Positions 1 through 6,775 are shown, counted from the first letter of the stretch. The stretch is 24,000 nt of DNA from Patescibacteria group bacterium (GCA_018818145.1 JAHIST010000036.1:6103-30102); one strand, 5' to 3'. The notes: generated from the letters alone by a model not told the origin. Numbers and translations: made by a program.

Positions 1-2425
1 CAACAGAAACTTCAATTCCTTCGTACCGAAAAAAACTTTTGGCTTTCAAGATTTTGGGGTTTTCTATGGTGAATTTGCCTTCTTCGATAACGGTGGAAAG
101 AAACTCCACAAATCCAGTTGATTGCAAATGCTGGATCATCTGCTGGTCTTTTCTATCTTTCGCGTCTTTCAAGACAGTCCAGTATTGCTTCAAATTCAAC
201 GGAAAAGAGCCAAGCCCGTCCAGAAGCCGAACAGCCTCACCGAAAGTAACATTGTTTATTCTCCCCTGCCGGTCTGCGGAAAGATTAATTCCCGATTGCC
301 AAGCCGCCCTTTTCGTCCGGTCAGTCAATTTCAGGAATTCCCGCTTGACATAAAAACCAGCCGAGGGAGAAAAAAAGAAATTATTATAGGCAACGACCAC
401 CGGTTCCAACAGCGGGACAGTTTTTTTTCGCGACAACTGGACACCTATTCCCCAAAACTCTACATATTCAGTTGCAGAAATGGTTTGCGCTCTTCCCTTA
501 AAAACAGAATGAACGACCGTCGAGATCAGATCAAACATCGTCTTTTTGTATTCGGGAAAAACTTCGTCGTTGAATATAAGATAGACTCTTTCCCGATTAA
601 CGATTTCATTGTCATCAAGGTAATCCGTCACCTTCAAAATGGTCAGCGACAAATTCTTTTCATCGTTGTTTCTTTTGGCCAGCGCGACGAGCTTACCGAA
701 CAATTCCTTTTTCAAAACCCTGCCCTGCTGGTCAAAGCCGCCTTTAATCTTGGCGACGGCGAATCCGAAAAAAGACCAGTCCTCTTTATAATCTCTAGCA
801 AAGAGAAGCTCGGCAAAATCGGTATTTAAGAGAAAACCCATCAGCTCACGATAAAAGACCTGGTCGCTAGTTACTCCGGAGGTCTCTTTGAGTCCGTCCA
901 TAATCAGCTTGTCTTTGAGCGTCATCTTGAGTTCCGACCGATTCTCGGTATCCATCAAAGCCGCTCCGTAAAGGATCTCGGCCAAAAGCTTTGACAATTT
1001 AATTCCGCAACCCTTGATTTTTTGGACAACAAGCGCGGTTGTTGAACCGGTCATTTCGAGTGTTTTGCTGACATTCTGCCGCAAAGCCACTTCCGATGGC
1101 ACATGATGATCAATAATGGAAATCGCAAACTTCTGAATCTCTTTGTTTCGGTTGTGATCCACCATGATCCATCGTGCTTGTCCTGAATCCTTGATCTGCT
1201 GATAGAGATCGTCTTCGGAAAAAATAACTGAAGCTGAAATTTCATCTCCCAATAGCCGCTCAATTTCGTCGGGTATTCTCCGTCCTTGGACAATTGGCAC
1301 ATAAATAGCGCTTTTATCAATCAGATGGCTTCGATATGCTTCGGCCAAAGAGCTGATGACTGTGTCGGTGTCGGGATTTTTATGTCCTATGACGAAAACA
1401 ATCGGCTTGAAATCCTTAACCGCTCCCAAAAGGCTTTCCCGGCTATTTTTCACAAATTCAACAAAATTAGAAAAGCCGATCTCCTTTTTTTTCAACCCCG
1501 AAAACTTCCTGGCTACTCGGTCAATAGTTTTTGTTGCTGAAAAATCTTTTCTGGCCTTCGCCGCGATCTGCAGGATCCCGAGAATATCAACCATCTTTTC
1601 CCGGATTCGGTAAACCGCCGTCTCTCTGGAATTACGGAGCCTGTCTCCTCTGGCGACCAGAAACTTCTGAAACTCCCCCTTTTTTGCATAAAGATCATCA
1701 AATCTGCCTTCTTTGTTGAGCGCCTCATAGACCGCTATCAAATTTTTCGCCTGGCCCATGATTTCTGGATCAATCGCAGGTTCCGGTAACGTCCTACGGC
1801 ATTCCCTTAAAAGCAATACAGGATAAACAGCATCATGAGGGATTCCCAAGTCAATCGAAGGCTTGCCGACCGAGGTAACCCAGCCTCTGATGGCCGCGGC
1901 CACATAGTCATAATCGCAAAAAGACCAATACTTCCAGCTTGTCGCCATCTTTTCTCTGTTTAATTCAACTCTGCCGGGTAAGCCGGTTCGCCAATCGATA
2001 TCATCGGGATTGAACCAGCCCGGATGGCCAAAAGGCATCACTACTTCTTGTCTTTCTCCGGAATACGATCGGTCGCCTCTTTTTGTTTTCGACCGATTGA
2101 TCAAATACCCCTTTTTTTCCAGAATTGTATTCAGCCGCTCCGCATATTCGTTCGACTGAAGCTGGTCTAGCATGTCCTGATCTTTTGCCCTTTGGGTATC
2201 GCGAAAAACCAACCAGTATTCACGTAGCGAGAGCATAATGGCGCCCAGACTTTTCAACAAAGTCAGACTGTCCCAATAATTCAGAAAATTGATCCGACCC
2301 TCGTCGTCCCAGCACAGCTTAATGCCGGTTTTCGACGCCGCCTTAATAACCCGGGCATCGATTTTCAAAGGTTCCCTGGCAGCATAAAGGCCAGTTGATT
2401 CAGAATAAAAGTATTCGTTTTCCAT
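1..2425 (-). CDS. DHH/DHHA2-family phosphoesterase-like multidomain protein (partial; C-terminus lies beyond position 1, >808 aa)
   Basis: My translation gives an uninterrupted minus-strand frame from ATG 2425-2423 to the window edge. It is missing from the ORF track because no stop lies in the window. A GGAGGTGA Shine-Dalgarno sits 5 nt upstream. Motifs GHKNPDTDTV, MVDHNRN, IIDHH, GSTTALV and MDTENRS resemble DHH motifs of family II pyrophosphatase/nanoRNase-type enzymes. The N-terminal and C-terminal flanking segments are homologous to each other. Confidence 0.8.
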   Translation of the reverse strand, partial: MENEYFYSESTGLYAAREPLKIDARVIKAASKTGIKLCWDDEGRINFLNYWDSLTLLKSLGAIMLSLREYWLVFRDTQRAKDQDMLDQLQSNEYAERLNTILEKKGYLINRSKTKRGDRSYSGERQEVVMPFGHPGWFNPDDIDWRTGLPGRVELNREKMATSWKYWSFCDYDYVAAAIRGWVTSVGKPSIDLGIPHDAVYPVLLLRECRRTLPEPAIDPEIMGQAKNLIAVYEALNKEGRFDDLYAKKGEFQKFLVARGDRLRNSRETAVYRIREKMVDILGILQIAAKARKDFSATKTIDRVARKFSGLKKKEIGFSNFVEFVKNSRESLLGAVKDFKPIVFVIGHKNPDTDTVISSLAEAYRSHLIDKSAIYVPIVQGRRIPDEIERLLGDEISASVIFSEDDLYQQIKDSGQARWIMVDHNRNKEIQKFAISIIDHHVPSEVALRQNVSKTLEMTGSTTALVVQKIKGCGIKLSKLLAEILYGAALMDTENRSELKMTLKDKLIMDGLKETSGVTSDQVFYRELMGFLLNTDFAELLFARDYKEDWSFFGFAVAKIKGGFDQQGRVLKKELFGKLVALAKRNNDEKNLSLTILKVTDYLDDNEIVNRERVYLIFNDEVFPEYKKTMFDLISTVVHSVFKGRAQTISATEYVEFWGIGVQLSRKKTVPLLEPVVVAYNNFFFSPSAGFYVKREFLKLTDRTKRAAWQSGINLSADRQGRINNVTFGEAVRLLDGLGSFPLNLKQYWTVLKDAKDRKDQQMIQHLQSTGFVEFLSTVIEEGKFTIENPKILKAKSFFRYEGIEVSV

Positions 2426-2429
2426 CGTT

Positions 2430-2885
2430 TCACCTCCTTTTTATGGAAAAAAACAATTTTATTTCGGCTTCGGCTTCGGCCTTGGTTTTTGACGCATGCA
2501 TTCTGTTTCTAACGTTTTTGCCTTGGCGAAACAAAGCTCTTTCCTCGTCGGTAATAAAATCTCGTCTGATTGTTCCCCGGCGCGCCCATAAAAGGTTAGT
2601 CGAACCTCTTAATCTGAAAGCTTTACGGACGGCATTCTCGCCTTCAAAAATAAAGACGATACTGATGCCTTCGCCCATCGCCCTTTCGACAGCCAAATAA
2701 ATCTTAGGCAATTTCGCTTTGGTCTTAGCATAGAGATTACTGCATTCATCAGGTAAAATAACTCTGCTCTGCGCCCGGACGATCCTCAATCCCAGTTCCT
2801 CTATTCTTGCCAAAACCCTGCCCACCAGCCCCCTGACCACGCAATCTGGCTTCATAATCACCAGTGTCCTTTCGTCCTTTTTCAT
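2430..2885 (-). CDS. ndk: nucleoside diphosphate kinase-like protein
   Basis: 151-aa ORF. ERTLVIMKPDCVVRGLVGRVLARIE, GTIRRDF and NRMHAS (active-site His context) match the NDK family. AGGAGG lies 7 nt upstream of the ATG. The stop is 4 nt before the DHH gene start, consistent with an operon. Confidence 0.85.
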   Translation of the reverse strand: MKKDERTLVIMKPDCVVRGLVGRVLARIEELGLRIVRAQSRVILPDECSNLYAKTKAKLPKIYLAVERAMGEGISIVFIFEGENAVRKAFRLRGSTNLLWARRGTIRRDFITDEERALFRQGKNVRNRMHASKTKAEAEAEIKLFFSIKRR

Positions 2886-2948
2886 CGCCCTGCCTCCTAT
2901 TTGATTTTTAAAGCGGAAGCTTTAACTTCCGCGAACTAAACTTGATTA

Positions 2949-2973
2949 AATAAAAATAGCACATCCGTGCTAT
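2949..2973 (-). terminator. Rho-independent terminator candidate downstream of the 3063..3905 gene
   Basis: Minus strand reads ATAGCAC-GGAT-GTGCTAT (7-bp stem) followed by TTTTTATTT. A second hairpin, GCGGAAG/CTTCCGC at 2913-2932, follows. Confidence 0.5.
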
Positions 2974-3062
2974 CTTATCAACGTTTACCCGTGGTTTTTT
3001 GTAATCTTACCAAGGCACTCGAGTAGGGTTAAAATTCACAGACTTCTTCAATTTGTAATCGA

Positions 3063-3905
3063 TTATAATGCTACTTTCCGGTGAATATTCTGAAGTGCCT
3101 CACGGGCTTTTTCTGCTTTCTGCTTCTTTTCTTTTTGCTCTATCTTCTCGTCTAAGATTTGCTCAATTCCTATCTTAACGGCTTGAAAATATTTAAGACA
3201 CTCCTCTTCCTCAAGATCATGAATGCCCTTACTTAATATTGAATAAAGATTTTTATTTTCAACCAAAAATTCCGGTAAAAAGACTTTTAATAAAATAATT
3301 TTTTCGTCCATTCTACCTTTTAAATAATTCTCTTCTGAAAAAGCTGGATCTTTTTTAACCTCTGTGTGCGCCTCTTCTATTAGATTTTCAAAAATTCTTC
3401 GTAGATAGACGAACGAACCGATACCAACACCATGAGCGTTCAAGCCAATTCCTCTGGTAAATTCTTTATATTGATCCTCTCCTAATTCTTTTCTATATTT
3501 TTCCGCTTGAGGAATTTGAAAGTCAGCTACTGATGGGAATTGACCCATTTTTACAAAAAAACCATCTCCCTTATAGTAATAACTATAATATTCGTGACCA
3601 CTGTTTCTAGTGCATCGATAAACGGTTCTATCGAAACCTATAGATTTTTTCCACTCAGAAAAAATAGTACGATTGAGATACTCTACCGTATCAAAAACGC
3701 TCTCCTTCCCACACTTTATACAATATATATCAATTGTTCCAGAATAACACAAAAGGTCATATATTTTTCTGCATTGGCTGCCAACACTTAAGTCCAGCTC
3801 ATGATAAAGTGGCATTTCTAATATGAACTCTCTGGGAGAGTTTAAATATGGATCATTTTGTATCTCCTGCTCTTCAGGCATTTTTTTAGAAATAGGTTCT
3901 CGCAT
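3063..3905 (-). CDS. hypothetical protein with N-terminal Cys/His zinc-ribbon-like segment and C-terminal helical domain
   Basis: 280-aa ORF with an ATG start in a visibly AT-rich segment. It carries CIKCGKE...YRCTRNSGHEY. The C-terminal part (LSKGIHDLEEEEC context) loosely resembles DUF4145-type helical domains, recalled from memory only. Confidence 0.6.
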   Translation of the reverse strand: MREPISKKMPEEQEIQNDPYLNSPREFILEMPLYHELDLSVGSQCRKIYDLLCYSGTIDIYCIKCGKESVFDTVEYLNRTIFSEWKKSIGFDRTVYRCTRNSGHEYYSYYYKGDGFFVKMGQFPSVADFQIPQAEKYRKELGEDQYKEFTRGIGLNAHGVGIGSFVYLRRIFENLIEEAHTEVKKDPAFSEENYLKGRMDEKIILLKVFLPEFLVENKNLYSILSKGIHDLEEEECLKYFQAVKIGIEQILDEKIEQKEKKQKAEKAREALQNIHRKVAL

Positions 3906-3949
3906 CGTTTGAACCTATCCGCTGATGGCAAATTTTAGAAATTTCGACC

Positions 3950-4318
3950 TTATTTTAAAGGTATGCTCTTTTTTGTAAATGCATCTACTATCAAATGAAA
4001 AACATAACCAACAAAAAATGAACCGGCATATAAAATATACTCCGACCTAAATAAATATGCCCATATAACCGCCAACAAGCTAGTTGCGATGACCAATATC
4101 AATAATAATCTTACACTATGGAAAAATTTGCGGTGGGCAAAGCTATGAAGAGAAACTGGCTCTATGAGGTCTGGAAATATACCACCAAGGATAATAAAAA
4201 TACTGGATAAAAGAAATTGCCATTGTCCCGATAAGGGCAGTTTCCAAACGCTAAAAATAATATAAACCCCCACGACAACAATTAATGATATGTTTGTATG
4301 GGTTTTCCTACTGGGCAT
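3950..4318 (-). CDS. membrane-bound metal-dependent hydrolase-like protein (DUF457/YdjM-like)
   Basis: 122-aa ORF with about 3-4 hydrophobic helices. His/Asp motifs FPDLIEP, HRKFFHS and HLIVDAFTK are typical of the YdjM/DUF457 family. Confidence 0.6.
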   Translation of the reverse strand: MPSRKTHTNISLIVVVGVYIIFSVWKLPLSGQWQFLLSSIFIILGGIFPDLIEPVSLHSFAHRKFFHSVRLLLILVIATSLLAVIWAYLFRSEYILYAGSFFVGYVFHLIVDAFTKKSIPLK

Positions 4319-4342
4319 TTCTTTTTAAAAGTTATTCCTAGA

Positions 4343-4567
4343 TTATTTTTCAAAGCCATGCATTATTAAACAATTATTGTACATAAAATCAAACTCTGCC
4401 CTTCTTTCGGCTTCAGTGCCGGAAGATATATTAAAACGATTTGCAGTTACAGAATTATAGCAGTTTTGCCTTATATGCATTGGTACATATATATACAAAT
4501 AAAAAAATACTATAATAGCTAAAATAATTAGAAGTTTAAACCAATTTTCTTTTAAAAAGTTTTTCAT
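4343..4567 (-). CDS. small single-pass membrane protein, hypothetical
   Basis: The ATG at 4567-4565 is preceded by GGAGGA about 9 nt upstream; the track's start at 4585 is a TTG. It has one hydrophobic helix (KLLIILAIIVFFYLYIYVP). It begins 5 nt after the stop of the AbrB-like gene. Confidence 0.5.
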   Translation of the reverse strand: MKNFLKENWFKLLIILAIIVFFYLYIYVPMHIRQNCYNSVTANRFNISSGTEAERRAEFDFMYNNCLIMHGFEK

Positions 4568-4572
4568 TTTCT

Positions 4573-4755
4573 CTATTTCCTCCAATCCCTAATCACAATC
4601 CCGCCGCGGGTGCGTTTGGCCACGACTTTCTGGTGCTCTTGCCAGCCCAGCGCCAAAACCATTTCTTTTGGCAAAGTCAGCCCTAAGCTGCCGCCGGCGC
4701 GGCCCATCCGAGTTAGCTTTCTGATGTTTTTATTCTTCAGTGAAGTTCTTGGCAT
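4573..4755 (-). CDS. AbrB/MazE/SpoVT-family DNA-binding protein (antitoxin-like regulator)
   Basis: 60-aa ORF. RKLTRMGRAGGSLGLTLPKEMVLALGW matches the swapped-hairpin SpoVT/AbrB fold signature. It sits directly downstream of a triple 10-bp repeat. Confidence 0.7.
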   Translation of the reverse strand: MPRTSLKNKNIRKLTRMGRAGGSLGLTLPKEMVLALGWQEHQKVVAKRTRGGIVIRDWRK

Positions 4756-4760
4756 AAAAA

Positions 4761-4798
4761 GTGTTACTTAACTTGTTACGTAACATGTTACTTAACAC
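4761..4798. promoter_or_regulatory. triple operator-like repeat GTTACNTAAC x3 with 12-bp phasing
   Basis: GT-GTTACTTAAC-TT-GTTACGTAAC-AT-GTTACTTAAC-AC. The central unit is a perfect palindrome. The array ends 5 nt from the ATG of the AbrB-like gene. Confidence 0.5.
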
Positions 4799-4806
4799 TC
4801 AATAAG

Positions 4807-4880
4807 TGGCAGGGGCGGAGGGAGTCGGACCCCCGTTATTCGTTTTGGAGACGAATGTAATACCGTTATACCACGCCCCC
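4807..4880 (-). tRNA. trnW: tRNA-Trp(CCA), CCA end encoded
   Basis: Hand-folded cloverleaf: acceptor GGGGGCG/CGCCCCU, anticodon arm UUCGU-CUCCAAA-ACGAA, T arm GGGGG-UCCGACU-CCCUC, 3' GCCA. Confidence 0.93.
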
Positions 4881-4898
4881 GTGCCGCCTCTTTGAGGC

Positions 4899-5040
4899 GG
4901 AATTTCTAAATCCTAATTTCTAAACCAGTCCCGCCCGCTTCGCCATAGCTTCCCGCCAGAGGCGAGGCTCGCAAAAGGCGGCAGCGAGGCGAGCGCAGCG
5001 GGACATTATTGAAAATTGGAAATTTGAAATTGGAAATTCC
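4899..5040. repeat. MITE-like element: GC-rich palindromic core flanked by imperfect AT-rich terminal inverted repeats
   Basis: The left end GGAATTTCTAAATCCTAATTTCTAAA and the reverse complement of the right end GGAATTTCCAATTTCAAATTTCCAAT match at 19 of 26 positions. The core has GTCCCGC...GCGGGAC arms and the module CCGCC-AGA-GGCGAGGCTCGC-AAAA-GGCGGCAGC, which is also found inside the tRNA-Thr locus. Confidence 0.5.
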
Positions 5041-5049
5041 ACAAAGAAA

Positions 5050-5208
5050 CTACTTCTTAGTCTCTTTGTGGGTTGTGTGCTTTTTACACCACTTACAGAA
5101 TTTTTTAATCTCAATTTTACGCTCTACTTTGCGCTTGTTTTTGCGCGACCAGTAATTGATGCGCTTACAAATCGCGCACTTAAGTTTTATTAGATTGTCT
5201 TGAGACAT
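5050..5208 (-). CDS. rpmG: 50S ribosomal protein L33 (zinc-ribbon type)
   Basis: My translation gives a 52-aa ORF below the track's length cutoff: MSQDNLIKLKCAICKRINYWSRKNKRKVERKIEIKKFCKWCKKHTTHKETKK. It has the CxxC...CxxC pattern and the L33 signature. tRNA-Trp lies downstream. Confidence 0.9.
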   Translation of the reverse strand: MSQDNLIKLKCAICKRINYWSRKNKRKVERKIEIKKFCKWCKKHTTHKETKK

Positions 5209-5220
5209 ATTATTTTTATT

Positions 5221-5301
5221 CGTCATTGCGAGAAGCGAAGCGACGAAGCAATCTCGTGGTATTCCACGGGATCCTTCGGCGCTTTGCGCCTCAGGATGAC
5301 G
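5221..5301. repeat. GC-rich palindromic intergenic repeat (CGTCATTGCGAG ... CCTCAGGATGACG type)
   Basis: The ends CGTCAT/ATGACG are inverted, with internal GAAGCGAAGCGACGAAGC and GGATCC. Its architecture relates to the GTCATT...AATGAC elements at 19893 and 20823. The track ORFs across it are artefacts. Confidence 0.6.
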
Positions 5302-5308
5302 CTTTGCG

Positions 5309-5836
5309 TCAGTTTTTCTTTTCCCAGCTCTTTAAGCTATCATCAAATTCGTATAAATCCAAATTTTTGCCAAACTGCGTGTCCTGGCCGTTTTTCAAAG
5401 TCCATTGCGATTCTCCGGGCTCAAAATAAGCGATGACTTCGTAACTAAGTCCGGTCTCTTTTTCCTGCGCTTCCAGCAAAACCCGCCGCATGATATGGCC
5501 GTCTTCATACTCAACATAAAAGTTGCTATCGGAGCCGATGACGAACCAAAACCGGTCAACAAACCAATGGCCGCCCAGAACGGGCTGGGCCGGCGAAATT
5601 TCGCCTATCATTTGCGCCACGTCTTCCATTATTATATCTCGCTCCGTTTTTACTCTAGGCGTTCCGCTGGTTTCCGACGGCGTCGGTGAAACCGTGATTG
5701 TGGGCGAAGCCACCTCAACCGTACCTTGCCAAGGCCAGCGCTGATAGATTTGCTGATACAAAACCATCGCGCCTGCCAAAACGGCAAGCAAAACCAGTAA
5801 AATTATGAATTGTTTTTTGGTAAACCCCCACGCCAT
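5309..5836 (-). CDS. hypothetical membrane-anchored protein
   Basis: 175-aa ORF with an ATG start. It has an N-terminal hydrophobic helix (IILLVLLAVLAGAMVLY), then a Pro/Thr/Ser linker and a globular domain. I recognise no family. Confidence 0.6.
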   Translation of the reverse strand: MAWGFTKKQFIILLVLLAVLAGAMVLYQQIYQRWPWQGTVEVASPTITVSPTPSETSGTPRVKTERDIIMEDVAQMIGEISPAQPVLGGHWFVDRFWFVIGSDSNFYVEYEDGHIMRRVLLEAQEKETGLSYEVIAYFEPGESQWTLKNGQDTQFGKNLDLYEFDDSLKSWEKKN

Positions 5837-5935
5837 AATAATGTTTTATTTTAACAAATTATTATTAAACTTCTTACTTTCTAAGCATTTACCCGCTGCC
5901 ACCGTTTTTTGGTGTGGGGGTAAACATAATTTTTG

Positions 5936-6188
5936 AGCCGTTGGCCAGAATCGAACTGGCGACCTACTCCTTCATTTGCACCTCTTTTTTTGTTCGCCTA
6001 TAAGAGGATTAGACTGTATCTTCTCCGAAAATATTCGGAGCCCTTGTCAGTCGTTCGAGCGCCTTTTAGGCGCTACGGTCTTGACCAAGCCAGGCCTTTA
6101 ACCGTAATTCGGGATTCATAATGAGATTGCTCTCATGATGGGCAGAATCTCTACCATGGAGTTGCTCTACCGGCTGAGCTACAACGGC
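5936..6188 (-). tRNA. trnT: tRNA-Thr(GGU) interrupted by a 180-nt intron in the anticodon loop
   Basis: The 5' exon is GCCGUUG-UA-GCUC-AGCCGGUA-GAGC-A-ACUCC-AUGGU (6188-6153). The 3' exon is AA-GGAGU-AGGUC-GCCAG-UUCGAUU-CUGGC-CAACGGC-U (5972-5936). All stems pair perfectly. The spliced loop AUGGUAA gives anticodon GGU. Confidence 0.85.
5973..6152 (-). ncRNA. group-I-like intron within tRNA-Thr(GGU)
   Basis: The 5' exon ends in U and the intron ends in G. Hand-fold elements:
- IGS-like GCCCAU pairing with exon AUGGU
- P2-like AUGAGA-GCAA-UCUCAU with a GNRA loop
- P4/P5-like UACGGU-UAAA-GGCC...GGUC-AA-ACCGUA
- P6-like GCGCC-UAAAA-GGCGC
- P7-like GACUG/CAGUC flanking a P8-like CUCCGAA/UUCGGAG hairpin and an A-rich J8/7
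- P9-like CCUCUU/AAGAGG
P3 was not resolved by hand. Confidence 0.65.
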
Positions 6189-6775
6189 AATAAACTTATT
6201 AAAATATTTCTTACCTTGATATTTCCATAATATAAAGTTAACACTCCATATTTGCTTTTATTCCTATATTTACCTAATTTTCCTGTAATGGAAACAAACG
6301 GTTTGTAAAATTGCCCCTTCTTGATTCCTAATCGTTTCATCCAATATTCCCGGGCTTCTTCTATATCAATATCCGTAAAAGTATGCAAATGAAATTTCAG
6401 ATCATCTTTGCTAATACTAAAGAACTTGACTAAAAACTCAATAAATTTTTTTAATAATGCGGGGTCTGAATTCCCAATCCTTACTGTAGTTTTGTTTGCT
6501 TTGGTACCCTCTCCCCAATACAGGCCTATCCCCAATCCGAATAATTCTGCTTCTTTTAGATTTTTTGGTAAAACAAAGCGAAATGGATCGCCTTCGGGAT
6601 TATGCTTGATATAGATTGCTTCACTTATTGATCTCTTTGAAATTCTGTATTTAAATAACCAGTAATTTATTCTGCCTGCCGAACAGCGAAATTTTTTGGC
6701 GATCTCGGTAACTGATTTTTGCTCTTTGCTATATAGTCTTAATAGCTCCTCTTTTTTTATAGCTTGTATTTTCAT
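6179..6775 (-). CDS. LAGLIDADG-type homing endonuclease-like protein with N-terminal HTH
   Basis: 198-aa ORF with an ATG start in an AT-rich segment. LFGLGIGLYWGEGTK followed by RIGNSDPALLKKFIEFL fits the single-motif LAGLIDADG pattern. SVTEIAKKFRCSAGRINYWL is HTH-like. The last three codons and the stop overlap tRNA positions 1-10. Confidence 0.7.
   Translation of the reverse strand: MKIQAIKKEELLRLYSKEQKSVTEIAKKFRCSAGRINYWLFKYRISKRSISEAIYIKHNPEGDPFRFVLPKNLKEAELFGLGIGLYWGEGTKANKTTVRIGNSDPALLKKFIEFLVKFFSISKDDLKFHLHTFTDIDIEEAREYWMKRLGIKKGQFYKPFVSITGKLGKYRNKSKYGVLTLYYGNIKVRNILISLLPL

Noticed and set aside
39-1728. Plus- and minus-strand track ORFs (39..353, 122..829, 1051..1320, 1286..1540, 1356..1613, 1513..1728, 1531..1719)
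   Set aside because: All lie inside, antisense to, or out of frame with the long uninterrupted minus-strand DHH-family reading frame (1..2425). They have low-complexity, non-protein-like sequences and are shadow ORFs.
2887-2899. Possible att-like repeat of the tRNA-Trp 3' end at the far edge of the AT-rich island (GGCAGGGCG resemblance)
   Set aside because: The match is short, in inverted rather than direct orientation, and coincides with the ndk Shine-Dalgarno and start region. It is most likely chance.
4920-5436. ORFs 4920..5114, 5200..5436 and 5226..5429
   Set aside because: They translate GC-rich palindromic repeat elements and overlap rpmG and the 175-aa gene. Peptides such as ..HCEKRSDEAIS.. 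are typical repeat-derived artefacts.
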